Positions 1 to 7,613 of a stretch of DNA of 64,000 nt are shown here, one piece after another. The number at the start of each line of letters is the position of its first letter. Within the stretch, counting starts at the first letter, position 1. The notes below the pieces were generated by a model. It ran no database searches and was not told where the DNA came from. It worked only from the letters and a program-made list of their open reading frames with translations. This DNA comes from a virus (taxonomy: Duplodnaviria; Caudoviricetes): positions 64,001 to 128,000 of the IMG/VR virus record IMGVR_UViG_3300015606_001334; one strand, given 5' to 3'. Position numbers and translations under genes: made by a program.

Positions 1-376
1 TCACATCCTTCTGTGATTCCAATAGGGTCTTCTCAATAAAGTCTCTTACACCTTTGATGTGTATCACTTCATCCAAAGTGTAATCTTCGATGTCATAACC
101 TAGCATGGTAGTCAAAGAGTAAAACAGGTTTTGCGCAACTGATTCGATATCTCCATAGGTTTTTCCACCTAATTGGAAGATGATCTTTTTGAATTTTCGG
201 TCGTTAACCCGCTCAACAATCTTAATTTCGTATTGAGAAACCTTCATACCATGGACAGGCTTGCAAGATTGCTGCGTGATAAAGAAATCGTAAATCCACC
301 CAGTGTTATTCACAATGGTGTCTTGATCTAGATTCTCAATCTCATCATCAATCTTCGTTCTTGGTGCAGAAATCAT
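1..376 (-). CDS. hypothetical protein, runs off window edge
   Basis: ATG at 376 overlaps the upstream TGA (ATGA coupling); frame MISAPRTKIDDEIENLDQ... is open to position 1. Confidence 0.7.
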   Translation of the reverse strand, partial: MISAPRTKIDDEIENLDQDTIVNNTGWIYDFFITQQSCKPVHGMKVSQYEIKIVERVNDRKFKKIIFQLGGKTYGDIESVAQNLFYSLTTMLGYDIEDYTLDEVIHIKGVRDFIEKTLLESQKDV

Positions 377-693
377 GTATGCTCAATAATCTTGATAGGT
401 GTAGCCTTTATGCCGTCAAAGCAAATTACGCAAGGTTCCGCTGGAAGTGGTTCACCATTTGCTCCATATCTGAAAATTACCATTTTGTAGGCCTTTGAAA
501 TATCTCGGCATTTATTGATTGCATCAATTTCTGCGTGGAGAAATATTCCCTTTTCTTTGCCTACTCGCTTAGCGTGATGAGCCTGCCTTGGATGGGTCTT
601 TACGTAGGAGTTCTTTCCTATACTGAGAATTCTTCCACGTTTATCGTAGATGATTGCGGTGAGGTCGTATTGTTTTCTTGTTTTTCTGCACAT
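373..693 (-). CDS. zinc-dependent cytidine/dCMP deaminase-fold protein
   Basis: HAE...PCxxC motif (FLHAEIDAI...AEPCVIC). Confidence 0.8.
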   Translation of the reverse strand: MCRKTRKQYDLTAIIYDKRGRILSIGKNSYVKTHPRQAHHAKRVGKEKGIFLHAEIDAINKCRDISKAYKMVIFRYGANGEPLPAEPCVICFDGIKATPIKIIEHT

Positions 694-1142
694 TCAAAGT
701 CTAGCTTTGCTTCTTCTAATAGTTTTAGACCTGCTTTGAGGTTGAAGTTTTCGTCAATCGTAAGATCATCAATTCGTTCAATTAACACCTCAATAGCTTT
801 CTCAATGAAGCTATTGGCTTGGGTGTCAGTAAAGTCATCAATGTTGACCATCATCTGACCGATGTCAAATTCTTCTCCAGGAACTTCCTTAAGGAAATAC
901 CAAACCTTTATCCCTAGGATCTGGACAACTCCATCTTTTCCTATGATTGGATGGAACTTGAATCGTACTCCGTCGGAGTTAATGACAGTTCTCTTAAATA
1001 CTAGCATAGATGAAGAAAGGATTGCTAAGTCTTTAGGCAAAGTCATTGGTTGAACGCCAACAATCTCTTGCGCAATAATACCTGGCAAGATTCTCCGAAT
1101 CTTCGGTATCAAAATCGACGGATTCACCGACGCTTCTTCCAA
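618..1142 (-). CDS. hypothetical protein with N-terminal T4 gp23-like (Gol-region) segment
   Basis: ILIPKIRRILPGIIAQEIVGVQPMTLP resembles the RR..P..IA..I.GVQPM..P motif of T4-type major capsid proteins; the rest is unrelated. Confidence 0.65.
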   Translation of the reverse strand: MEEASVNPSILIPKIRRILPGIIAQEIVGVQPMTLPKDLAILSSSMLVFKRTVINSDGVRFKFHPIIGKDGVVQILGIKVWYFLKEVPGEEFDIGQMMVNIDDFTDTQANSFIEKAIEVLIERIDDLTIDENFNLKAGLKLLEEAKLDFECAEKQENNTTSPQSSTINVEEFSV

Positions 1143-1348
1143 TCGTAGTCAGGACCGGTCACATCAAACCCCTGCTTACCGACGCAGTCAGGATGTTCCA
1201 CCGACATTACGATGAAACCCACATTTTCTCCTGTGTACTTGCGTTGGCGAAGCGCTTCGGAAAACTTCAACGCGTCGGTCATTTTGTCAGTGTCAAACAA
1301 CTCGCTCTTTGGAACAGACTCTTCTGTCCAATAAATCATGTACATCAA
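1124..1348 (-). CDS. hypothetical protein
   Basis: ORF coupled to neighbours on the dominant strand. Confidence 0.6.
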   Translation of the reverse strand: MMYMIYWTEESVPKSELFDTDKMTDALKFSEALRQRKYTGENVGFIVMSVEHPDCVGKQGFDVTGPDYDWKKRR

Positions 1349-1851
1349 ATTTCCTCAACTTCTTCAATTTCGTATTGGTGATCGGTCATACTATACAAAT
1401 CGTACGCGATCGAATAGGTGTTACCAAGTTCTTCAGGATTGATCACGTCAAAAGCGTTAATGCTGACCAAGAATTGCTTCTCAGCTTGGATTTTCTTTTC
1501 GTGGTATGCGATGTGTCTGGCTGCGTTACGAGCGTTAACTTCTGCATTGAACTTCTTGATTGTTTCTCGTTCTACCCGCATCTCTTTGGTGATTAGCCGT
1601 TGATCGATACCAGCAGGCCACTTTGGGATGTCGACAGTCTTTTCTTGCGTGGAATTATCGAATGGATTTTCAGCATTCCACTTGGCCTCAAAAGCCTCGA
1701 GCTTACCACGAATTTCGTCAATGGCTTTCTGTTTTAGCTCTTTTTCTTCCTTCAGCAATTCGATCTTATGAAGATCCCTAGACACAACAACGTTAGAACG
1801 CCACGTATCTTCATAAGAGCCACCAAAAGCAACAAGAATAAAAGCCATCAC
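1345..1851 (-). CDS. hypothetical protein
   Basis: 168-aa ORF, GGAG SD upstream. Confidence 0.65.
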   Translation of the reverse strand: MMAFILVAFGGSYEDTWRSNVVVSRDLHKIELLKEEKELKQKAIDEIRGKLEAFEAKWNAENPFDNSTQEKTVDIPKWPAGIDQRLITKEMRVERETIKKFNAEVNARNAARHIAYHEKKIQAEKQFLVSINAFDVINPEELGNTYSIAYDLYSMTDHQYEIEEVEEI

Positions 1852-1900
1852 ATCATCTCCAGAAGTTTGTGAAATTATATCATAGCTTCATGAAAAAGAA

Positions 1901-1926
1901 AATAGGGAGAAACAAATCTCCCTATT
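1901..1926 (-). terminator. intrinsic terminator after release factor gene
   Basis: AATAGGGAGA/TCTCCCTATT stem followed by TTCTTTTT on the minus strand. Confidence 0.75.
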
Positions 1927-1930
1927 AATC

Positions 1931-2617
1931 TTACCAAAGTAAATCAAAGTTTCCTGCGAGGACCTTTGACGTCAAATGCTTCTTTCCTGTCTGATGATCT
2001 TGAACCACGTCATCTTGGAAACGATACGTTCTGATCTTATCTCCTCTCATTCCTGAACCAACTTGACCTTTACGATCAGCCATTGTGATTGAGTAATGCT
2101 CACTTTGGGCTGATGAGTCCAATCTCTTGTTGAGTTGGCTCATTGCTTCAGCTAAGGAGTTTTCACGGCTTCTACATTGGGCGGTCTCTACCAATCCTGT
2201 AGGAAGATGGGTAATTCTTGCTGAGTTCTGGTGCTTATTACGGTGTTGTCCACCGGCTCCAGTACCAGAGTACCATTCAATTTTGAAGTCTGATTCAGAC
2301 CGTTTGTGGAATTTCTCAGAACTCTTGTCGTTGCAATCAATGACTGCGACAGTTACGGTTGAGGTATGAACTCGACCTTTACGTTCTGTTGGTGGAACTC
2401 TCTGGATTCGATGTCCACCTGATTCATTTTTGAGTTGGTTGAAGAACTCTTTGCTACACTCTATTTCTAGAGTTGTTACGCCGGGTACCTCAACCTTTTT
2501 AGGATTGAGTCAACCGACGCGATTAAGGAACTTAGAGTAAGCTTGAGCAAGGTCCTTAACGAACAACTTGCTATCGTCACCGCCTTCAGCGGCTCTAATT
2601 TCGATCTTAATACGCAT
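1931..2617 (-). CDS. prfA: RF1-type peptide chain release factor lacking domain 1, with in-frame TGA at codon 36 (2510-2512); readthrough gene or pseudogene
   Basis: AAGGAG SD + ATG 2617; EIRAAEGGDD..LF..DL, ESGGHRIQRVPPTE (PxT), GRVHTS, GAGGQH (GGQ), RGDKIRTY; same frame on both sides of the TGA. Confidence 0.85.
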
Positions 2618-2627
2618 GATTTTCTCC

Positions 2628-3236
2628 TTAAAACGTATTTAGTTTATCAAAGCTATCTGCAAACATTTCTAAGCAGATTAAGTTACTACCTTTTGGCTGA
2701 CCTGGTAATGAGTTATCGTACATTCCATAGAAATCATCAAGTTGTTCTATCAAAAATCCTGTAAAACTCTGGCCATCAAAAAACTTGGAAAGATCAAATT
2801 TAAATTTCTCTTTCGACCTAATGTTGAATCCTGCAATGTCATCCTTAAATCGAGGGTCGGCAACGATAGACCTTATGAAGTTTTGTCCATCTTTAAATAC
2901 CGCTCCACCAACGAAGACTGACTTCTTCATTGACATCTTAAACCAGTACAAGAAAATTTTTGCGATCTTTTGGTTTCTAAATTTTGGAGTAATTAAAATT
3001 TTCTCTAACGAAAGAATTTCGTCAACTTCTTTAAACTGCAAGAACCCCACAAATTCATCATCGATTGTAAACATTCCAACATTTGTCTTATCCGCTAGTA
3101 GAAGCTTAAATTTATTTCCTTCGATTTCTTGAATGAGCTTCCCATTAGATCGAAAATATTCTTCCACACCATCAAGTTCTTTTTGTGAATGATTTATTTC
3201 TGTATCAACTTTTAGGGCGAGCTCAGTTAGCTTCAT
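2628..3236 (-). CDS. GNAT-like fold protein, possible head-packaged protein
   Basis: LEKILITPKFRNQKIAK resembles GNAT motif A; MKLTEL N-terminus. Confidence 0.5.
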   Translation of the reverse strand: MKLTELALKVDTEINHSQKELDGVEEYFRSNGKLIQEIEGNKFKLLLADKTNVGMFTIDDEFVGFLQFKEVDEILSLEKILITPKFRNQKIAKIFLYWFKMSMKKSVFVGGAVFKDGQNFIRSIVADPRFKDDIAGFNIRSKEKFKFDLSKFFDGQSFTGFLIEQLDDFYGMYDNSLPGQPKGSNLICLEMFADSFDKLNTF

Positions 3237-3637
3237 TTCTTGCTTCCTTCGAACCTGTTCAGATCGTACAAAGACGGTGAATGACCATGCTTGTCGACGT
3301 AAGGCATTATATCATCCAGAGAGAACTCTGAAACTGATACGTAGCCGTGCTGCTTTACTGGATCGAGTGTTACATCGTAGTAGGTGTCACCCTCTTTAAT
3401 CCAGGCGTGTTCAATCGGAATGCTATGAAGGAACACATATCCTAAGACGTACTTAGAATCCGGGTGTCCTGTCAGTGCTTTGAAGGCATTGTTGAAGCAT
3501 TGCTTCTTCTGAGCACCAGCCATCTTCTTGAACTTTACTTCTACTTCTTTTGGGTCGGTCTTGACGTGACGAATACCTTGTGTCACCATCTTGACCATAC
3601 CCAATTGATCATTCTCAAGTAGCTCGCTGGTTTTCAT
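3233..3637 (-). CDS. transglutaminase/papain-like fold protein
   Basis: QCFNNA...IEHAW...YYDVT Cys-His-Asp pattern; MKTSELLE N-terminus. Confidence 0.55.
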   Translation of the reverse strand: MKTSELLENDQLGMVKMVTQGIRHVKTDPKEVEVKFKKMAGAQKKQCFNNAFKALTGHPDSKYVLGYVFLHSIPIEHAWIKEGDTYYDVTLDPVKQHGYVSVSEFSLDDIMPYVDKHGHSPSLYDLNRFEGSKK

Positions 3638-3972
3638 GCGAATTCCTGGTGGTCTAACTTAGCACGCAACGAAACTTGCTTGTTCTTGTTTGCTGGTTGT
3701 CCTGTACCGCTCTCATCATGAGAGAATACTCCGTAAAGGTAGACGATGTTCTTTTCTACCTTGTAGATGACGCTCACGTCAAACGAAAGTTTAGCATGCC
3801 AAAAGCCGGAAAAGTTGCCTGATCCGGTAAATGGATAATCGCTCGAACCGAACTTTTCAGTTGGATGATCTTTCTTCCAATTGACAAATTCTTTGAACTT
3901 CGCCTGTACTTGCTTGGTAGCTTTTCCGAATGTTTTGTCGAATAGCTTACATTTTTTAAACAGTGCTGTCAC
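3634..3972 (-). CDS. RelE/YafQ-like toxin (mRNA interferase fold)
   Basis: DYPFTGSGNFSGFWHAKL..DVSVIYK...LYGVFSHDE matches the YafQ-type DH.L.G...G..ecH...D..lIY...lgsH pattern; GTG start at 3972 preferred over 4083. Confidence 0.6.
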   Translation of the reverse strand: MTALFKKCKLFDKTFGKATKQVQAKFKEFVNWKKDHPTEKFGSSDYPFTGSGNFSGFWHAKLSFDVSVIYKVEKNIVYLYGVFSHDESGTGQPANKNKQVSLRAKLDHQEFA

Positions 3973-4126
3973 TTTCAAGAGCCTCAAAGAGCTCATCGGC
4001 AGTAAGAGCATTGGACCATTCACCGCTCTGATCTTGCTGAGCAAGTTCTTCCTTGAGGCCAGAAGCGTCAATACCAGCAACAAGCGTTTGCTCTTGCAGG
4101 AACTGATTGAGTGTAGTGTTAGCCAT
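3956..4126 (-). CDS. small acidic protein, candidate antitoxin (not in ORF track)
   Basis: AAGGAG SD; 56 aa MANTTLNQFLQEQ...SNALTADELFEALESDSTV overlapping the toxin start; promoter-like motif at ~4158-4186. Confidence 0.6.
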   Translation of the reverse strand: MANTTLNQFLQEQTLVAGIDASGLKEELAQQDQSGEWSNALTADELFEALESDSTV

Positions 4127-4189
4127 GATGGACTCCTTTAGTTTACCGATAAGACGATTGTATAACAGAAATCGAATTAAGTAAACTAT

Positions 4190-4378
4190 TTATTCAGAGT
4201 CTGGATCAAATGCCTTCTGAAGATCCCTCTTTTCTTGGTTTCTTCGATGCCTGTTGCGATCTTTCTTGATCGCTCGTTTAGCCTCTCTCACGAGAAACTT
4301 AACATTAGATGGGATCGGCCCATCAAGTTCGTCTAGCTTTTCTTGGAAGTAGACATCATCCTTATTCTTCGGTTTCAT
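4190..4378 (-). CDS. small basic hypothetical protein
   Basis: ORF on the dominant strand. Confidence 0.5.
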   Translation of the reverse strand: MKPKNKDDVYFQEKLDELDGPIPSNVKFLVREAKRAIKKDRNRHRRNQEKRDLQKAFDPDSE

Positions 4379-4503
4379 TTCCTTGACAATCGTTCTTCAT
4401 TTCTTGCCGAGCAGTCTTGCGATTGGCTCGGTCGACGGTTTTACGAGCGTTCCGCTTGGGATGAGACTTACCTGCGCAGCACCCAAAGCGGCATTCCAAT
4501 TTG

Positions 4504-4746
4504 TCACGACGACTGTGACCGTATGCTTTCATAATCTTCTCCCTTTCTTACTATTCGTGCGATAATCCGCGGATCGACCATGGTACATTTTGCTTCAATT
4601 TCGGCTACTCGACGTTTAGGAATGTCGTAGTGGTCATTGTGGAACCAACAACGCTTTATCCCGAGCTGCTGCGCCATTTCATGCAAGTTCTCTATCGAGT
4701 AGGGAACGCAAATCAGGTGGCGCATACCGTCAGTGAGAAACTCCAT
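4504..4746 (-). CDS. DUF4031-like protein
   Basis: LHEMAQQLGIKRCWFH..HYDI motif. Confidence 0.6.
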   Translation of the reverse strand: MEFLTDGMRHLICVPYSIENLHEMAQQLGIKRCWFHNDHYDIPKRRVAEIEAKCTMVDPRIIARIVRKGEDYESIRSQSS

Positions 4747-5108
4747 TAGTGGAGAACTCGACCTGCAGGAGCAGCGGTTTCTTCTTCACCAGTAAGAGCA
4801 GCAATGACTCCGCCTAAGGCGTTGGAAAGTTCTTGACGCTCCGCGACGAGGCGCTTTTCAACATCTTCCTTTGCGACGATGTCAACACGCTCCATATTAT
4901 GCGGTTCGCTAGTGAACTTCAAACCTTGAAAATCGGTTTCCTTGATGTCGAAGAACACCAAAGCAATCAGAGTATCGCCAAACTTTTCCTTCAGGAATTC
5001 GATACCCTTTTCACCGCGTGCAGGAACTTCAACAACATCAGCTTGGGTAAAGGGACCAACCAGAAGGGCGACTTCAGCGTAGGTACGGGTCTTCATCATG
5101 ATATGCAT
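4746..5108 (-). CDS. hypothetical protein
   Basis: AAGGAG SD, early promoter directly upstream. Confidence 0.65.
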   Translation of the reverse strand: MHIMMKTRTYAEVALLVGPFTQADVVEVPARGEKGIEFLKEKFGDTLIALVFFDIKETDFQGLKFTSEPHNMERVDIVAKEDVEKRLVAERQELSNALGGVIAALTGEEETAAPAGRVLH

Positions 5109-5130
5109 CTCCTTCGTTTGCTTGAAGAGA

Positions 5131-5159
5131 ATTATATCATGATGACCAAAAAAGTAAAC
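5131..5159 (-). promoter_or_regulatory. T4-type early promoter (GTTTAC-N16/17-TATAAT); representative of at least 14 copies
   Basis: same motif at 7579-7608, 9896-9924, 11224-11252, 23742-23771, 25280-25308, 27416-27445, 30708-30736, 31745-31774, 36815-36844, 49474-49502, 55672-55701, 56040-56069, 56613-56642, always just upstream of minus-strand genes. Confidence 0.8.
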
Positions 5160-5176
5160 AACTTCGAAGTTACTTT

Positions 5177-5401
5177 TTAAACACCCTGTTCAACTTTCGC
5201 AGATTGGATAGCTTGCATGTGTTTGCGAATCCAACGCATGAACAACATTGCTTTGTCAGAGGAACAGAACTCTGCTTCACCAGTATCTGAGATTGGGACC
5301 GGGAAATCAAATCCACAGTCGGTAATATACCAAAGTTCACCATTCTTGTAATAGTTGAAGTGAACCATGCGGCCAGGTTTGACCATATCCTTAATGCTCA
5401 T
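5177..5401 (-). CDS. hypothetical protein
   Basis: TAAGGAG SD, 74 aa. Confidence 0.65.
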   Translation of the reverse strand: MSIKDMVKPGRMVHFNYYKNGELWYITDCGFDFPVPISDTGEAEFCSSDKAMLFMRWIRKHMQAIQSAKVEQGV

Positions 5402-5467
5402 TTTGAGACTCCTTAAGTTGGGCTTAGCTCTATCGAAATCAATCCACAGAGTAAGCGGTTAGAAAAA

Positions 5468-5542
5468 TGGAGACCGTAGAGGGAATCGAACCCTCGTTAT
5501 CGGATTTGCAATCCGGTGCACTAACCACTCTGCCATACGGTC
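5468..5542 (-). tRNA. tRNA-Cys(GCA)
   Basis: cloverleaf, loop TTGCAAA, GGTTCGATT, T-CCA end. Confidence 0.9.
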
Positions 5543-5597
5543 TGGCGTTCTTATTTAGAATCAACCAAATAGGAACAAAATTTATTGGATAGCTTTA

Positions 5598-5709
5598 TGA
5601 AGCTAATACGGTGCTTGAATCCGCGGTAACCCTACTCTTCCTGGGCCTTCATGACATCTGCCGGCTAGCATGTCACTCTTATCGGTTATCCAGTGTAGTT
5701 ACTATTAGC
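5598..5709 (-). ncRNA. tRNA-like structured RNA (7-bp terminal stem, long irregular arm, T-arm-like hairpin)
   Basis: GCTAATA/TATTAGC, GTAAC/GTTAC, CTGG/CCAG, TGACAT/ATGTCA, CGG-ATTCAAGCA-CCG, 3' TTCA. Confidence 0.55.
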
Positions 5710-5710
5710 T

Positions 5711-5784
5711 TGGCAAGGGTGGAAGGTAATGCTCCTTCTTCCTCTGGTTCAAAGCCAGATACTTTACTTTTAAGCTACACCCCA
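5711..5784 (-). tRNA. tRNA-Gln(TTG), atypical T and D loops
   Basis: TCTGG-CTTTGAA-CCAGA; T-loop AGCATTA; G-CCA end. Confidence 0.75.
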
Positions 5785-5790
5785 ATTGTT

Positions 5791-5974
5791 CGCGGAGTTT
5801 TTGCAATCCTCATAGTTCGATAAGCTCAGAGGAAGACTGTAAATTCGTAAACCCAAACTCCCTAAGGCTTGTCGATCAATCATTCCGGCTTATCGTCCAG
5901 AACAAAGGACCTATACGAATATTCGACGGAATTATTTTTCGGTTCAATGCGCATTGACCGAGTTTGGTTCCGCC
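5791..5974 (-). ncRNA. ~185-nt pseudoknotted RNA between tRNA-Pro and tRNA-Gln (manA-motif-like candidate)
   Basis: GCGGA/TCCGC closing stem, CCAAACTC/GAGTTTGG, GTCGA/TCGAC, crossing helices ATTCGTA/TACGAAT and GATAAGC/GCTTATC. Confidence 0.6.
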
Positions 5975-6051
5975 TGGTCTCGCTGGTAGGATTCGAACCT
6001 ACGAAATCCTGTTCCCAAAACAGGTGGTATAGACCACTAACCGACAGCGAG
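5975..6051 (-). tRNA. tRNA-Pro(TGG)
   Basis: CCTGT-TTTGGGA-ACAGG, GGTTCGAAT, A-CCA. Confidence 0.9.
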
Positions 6052-6086
6052 ATATTTTGCCATCTTTCGACAGCAAATTGTAAAAC

Positions 6087-6383
6087 TTAGCCTTCGAGAC
6101 CTAGCTCGTCGACATAAACTTCATCATTTTCTTTGTGGAAGATCTGATGAGTGTTGCGCTGATCATTGAGAATTGTTTCTCCTCTTCCACTCATTTCGAT
6201 CGAAATCACTTCACCAGTAAATTCGATGATTTCAGCAAATTGAGAAGCGTTTTCAACGTACTCGTATGCTTGCTTTGGATCATTGAAAACACGGTAAGTT
6301 GGACCATCGCCATCGTTGTTGATGCCAAGATAACGCTTACCAGCTGATTCGCTGATCTTGATCATTTCTTGTAGAAATTTCAT
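6087..6383 (-). CDS. late hypothetical protein inside tRNA array, probable internal head protein
   Basis: true start MKFLQEMIKISE at 6383 (the track's start lies inside tRNA-Arg); TATAAATA at 6406-6413. Confidence 0.6.
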   Translation of the reverse strand: MKFLQEMIKISESAGKRYLGINNDGDGPTYRVFNDPKQAYEYVENASQFAEIIEFTGEVISIEMSGRGETILNDQRNTHQIFHKENDEVYVDELGLEG

Positions 6384-6405
6384 TTTGGAACCTTTCAGAA
6401 AAAGG

Positions 6406-6413
6406 TATTTATA
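6406..6413 (-). promoter_or_regulatory. T4-type late promoter TATAAATA (representative)
   Basis: exact TATAAATA also at 7044-7051, 32370-32377, 55919-55926, 57306-57313; NATAAATA variants at 13014-13021, 53129-53136 and 45054-45061 (+). Confidence 0.7.
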
Positions 6414-6415
6414 TT

Positions 6416-6493
6416 TGGCGCCCTCGGAGAGATTCGAACTCCCGACTTCTTGTTTCGAAGACAAGCACTCTAGTCCAACTGAGTTACGAAGGC
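6416..6493 (-). tRNA. tRNA-Arg(TCG)
   Basis: CTTGT-CTTCGAA-ACAAG, AGTTCGAAT, G-CCA. Confidence 0.9.
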
Positions 6494-7014
6494 ATGTTTA
6501 ATATTTCATCAGTCATATGTCGCGAGATAAATCTTTTGACTTGAGTATGACTAATTCCTAATTCTTTACTACATCGAGTAACCCAACCCCAGCCAGTAGC
6601 AGAGTGCCTTCTTACTGCATCCTTATAGGAGTTTAGTTTCTCTTTTGAATATTGTCTACCAGCAGATGGTTTGCCCTTTCTTCTAGAAGCTATCATCTCC
6701 TTTGCCTTCTCTTCACCGTATTTCATTTTCATACGGTCGTTGAATGACAAGTACGTTCCAGCTTCTTTTTGATCGAGGTGATTATCTGTTGGAGTTCCCC
6801 AATACAAATGATTGGGGTTACTGCACTTTTCATTATTGCATGCATGACACAAATAAATTTTTGATCCTCTAGGGATTGTTGTATCTAAGAAATCAGCTAG
6901 TAATCCCCTGAATTCTTTTGAGTAACCTCCTCGTTCGATACAATTTTCTTCTAGACTGAGATGGGAACGTCTTTCTTCTCTACTTAGATTGATGTACTCA
7001 TTTATGTCTTGCAT
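6484..7014 (-). mobile_element. free-standing HNH homing endonuclease in tRNA array
   Basis: LCHACNNEKCSNPNHLYWGTPTDN HNH motif, C-terminal HTH-like segment, late promoter; stop codon lies in the tRNA-Arg 5' end. Confidence 0.75.
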
Positions 7015-7061
7015 TTTGAACCTTTAACTAAGAATGTATTTCCTATTTATAGGTTCAGATT

Positions 7062-7139
7062 TGGCACCGCTAGGGGGACTTGAACCCCACCCCTCGAGAG
7101 TGACAGTCTCGCATGCTCAACCATTAACACTATAGCGGT
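7062..7139 (-). tRNA. tRNA-Asp(GTC)
   Basis: CGAGA-CTGTCAC-TCTCG, GGTTCAAGT, G-CCA. Confidence 0.9.
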
Positions 7140-7229
7140 GTAGAGGAACGTTTTAGGCCTTTCAAACGTTCAGAGAATATTTAGCCGGACCTGACTTGCA
7201 GGTAAACCTTCCCTTGACTGATTTCAGGC

Positions 7230-7550
7230 TCAGTGAACCTTAATTTTCGGCAAGGCCGCAATAAGCGCCTTTTTCAAATTCTTGTATTTCGGCTTATCAG
7301 ACATGAGTTGAATCACTTCGTCAAGATCAACACCGTGTTCTGATAGATGTTTTCTGAAATTGCTACGACGATTGTACTCACTAGCCTGTTTTACACAAGC
7401 ATAGCATTGAGTGCGGTTCTTAAGACGAACTGCGCCACAAGTAATGCATAGATCCTGTGCTTTCCGGAAAGCACGAAGTTTACGATTGCTTACTGCTTGC
7501 GGAGTATCGGAGTTTTTGCCTTCTGAACGAAGATCTTGAGTTTCAGCCAT
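7230..7550 (-). CDS. zinc-finger protein
   Basis: CITCG...CYAC; own early promoter at 7579-7608. Confidence 0.6.
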   Translation of the reverse strand: MAETQDLRSEGKNSDTPQAVSNRKLRAFRKAQDLCITCGAVRLKNRTQCYACVKQASEYNRRSNFRKHLSEHGVDLDEVIQLMSDKPKYKNLKKALIAALPKIKVH

Positions 7551-7613
7551 TTTGTTCTTCTCGCTTTGAAAAAGTTAAATTATAACTTCAAAACGAGAAG
7601 ATGTAAACTGTTT

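Noticed and set aside
618-1142. Major capsid protein gene
   Set aside because: Only ~30 residues resemble gp23; far too short and not in a head gene cluster
2489-2512. Selenocysteine insertion at the RF UGA
   Set aside because: The position aligns with Trp, not Cys; the downstream hairpin has an AAAA loop unlike bacterial SECIS; there is no tRNA-Sec in the window
5598-5709. Theta/HDV-like or hammerhead ribozyme 3' of tRNA-Gln
   Set aside because: The first helix closes at the far 3' end, unlike HDV topology; CCGATAAG...GAAG deviates from the CUGAnGA...GAAA core
7140-7229. Additional ncRNA upstream of tRNA-Asp
   Set aside because: Only short hairpins (GAACGTTT/AAACGTTC, CCTG/CAGG); not enough support to call
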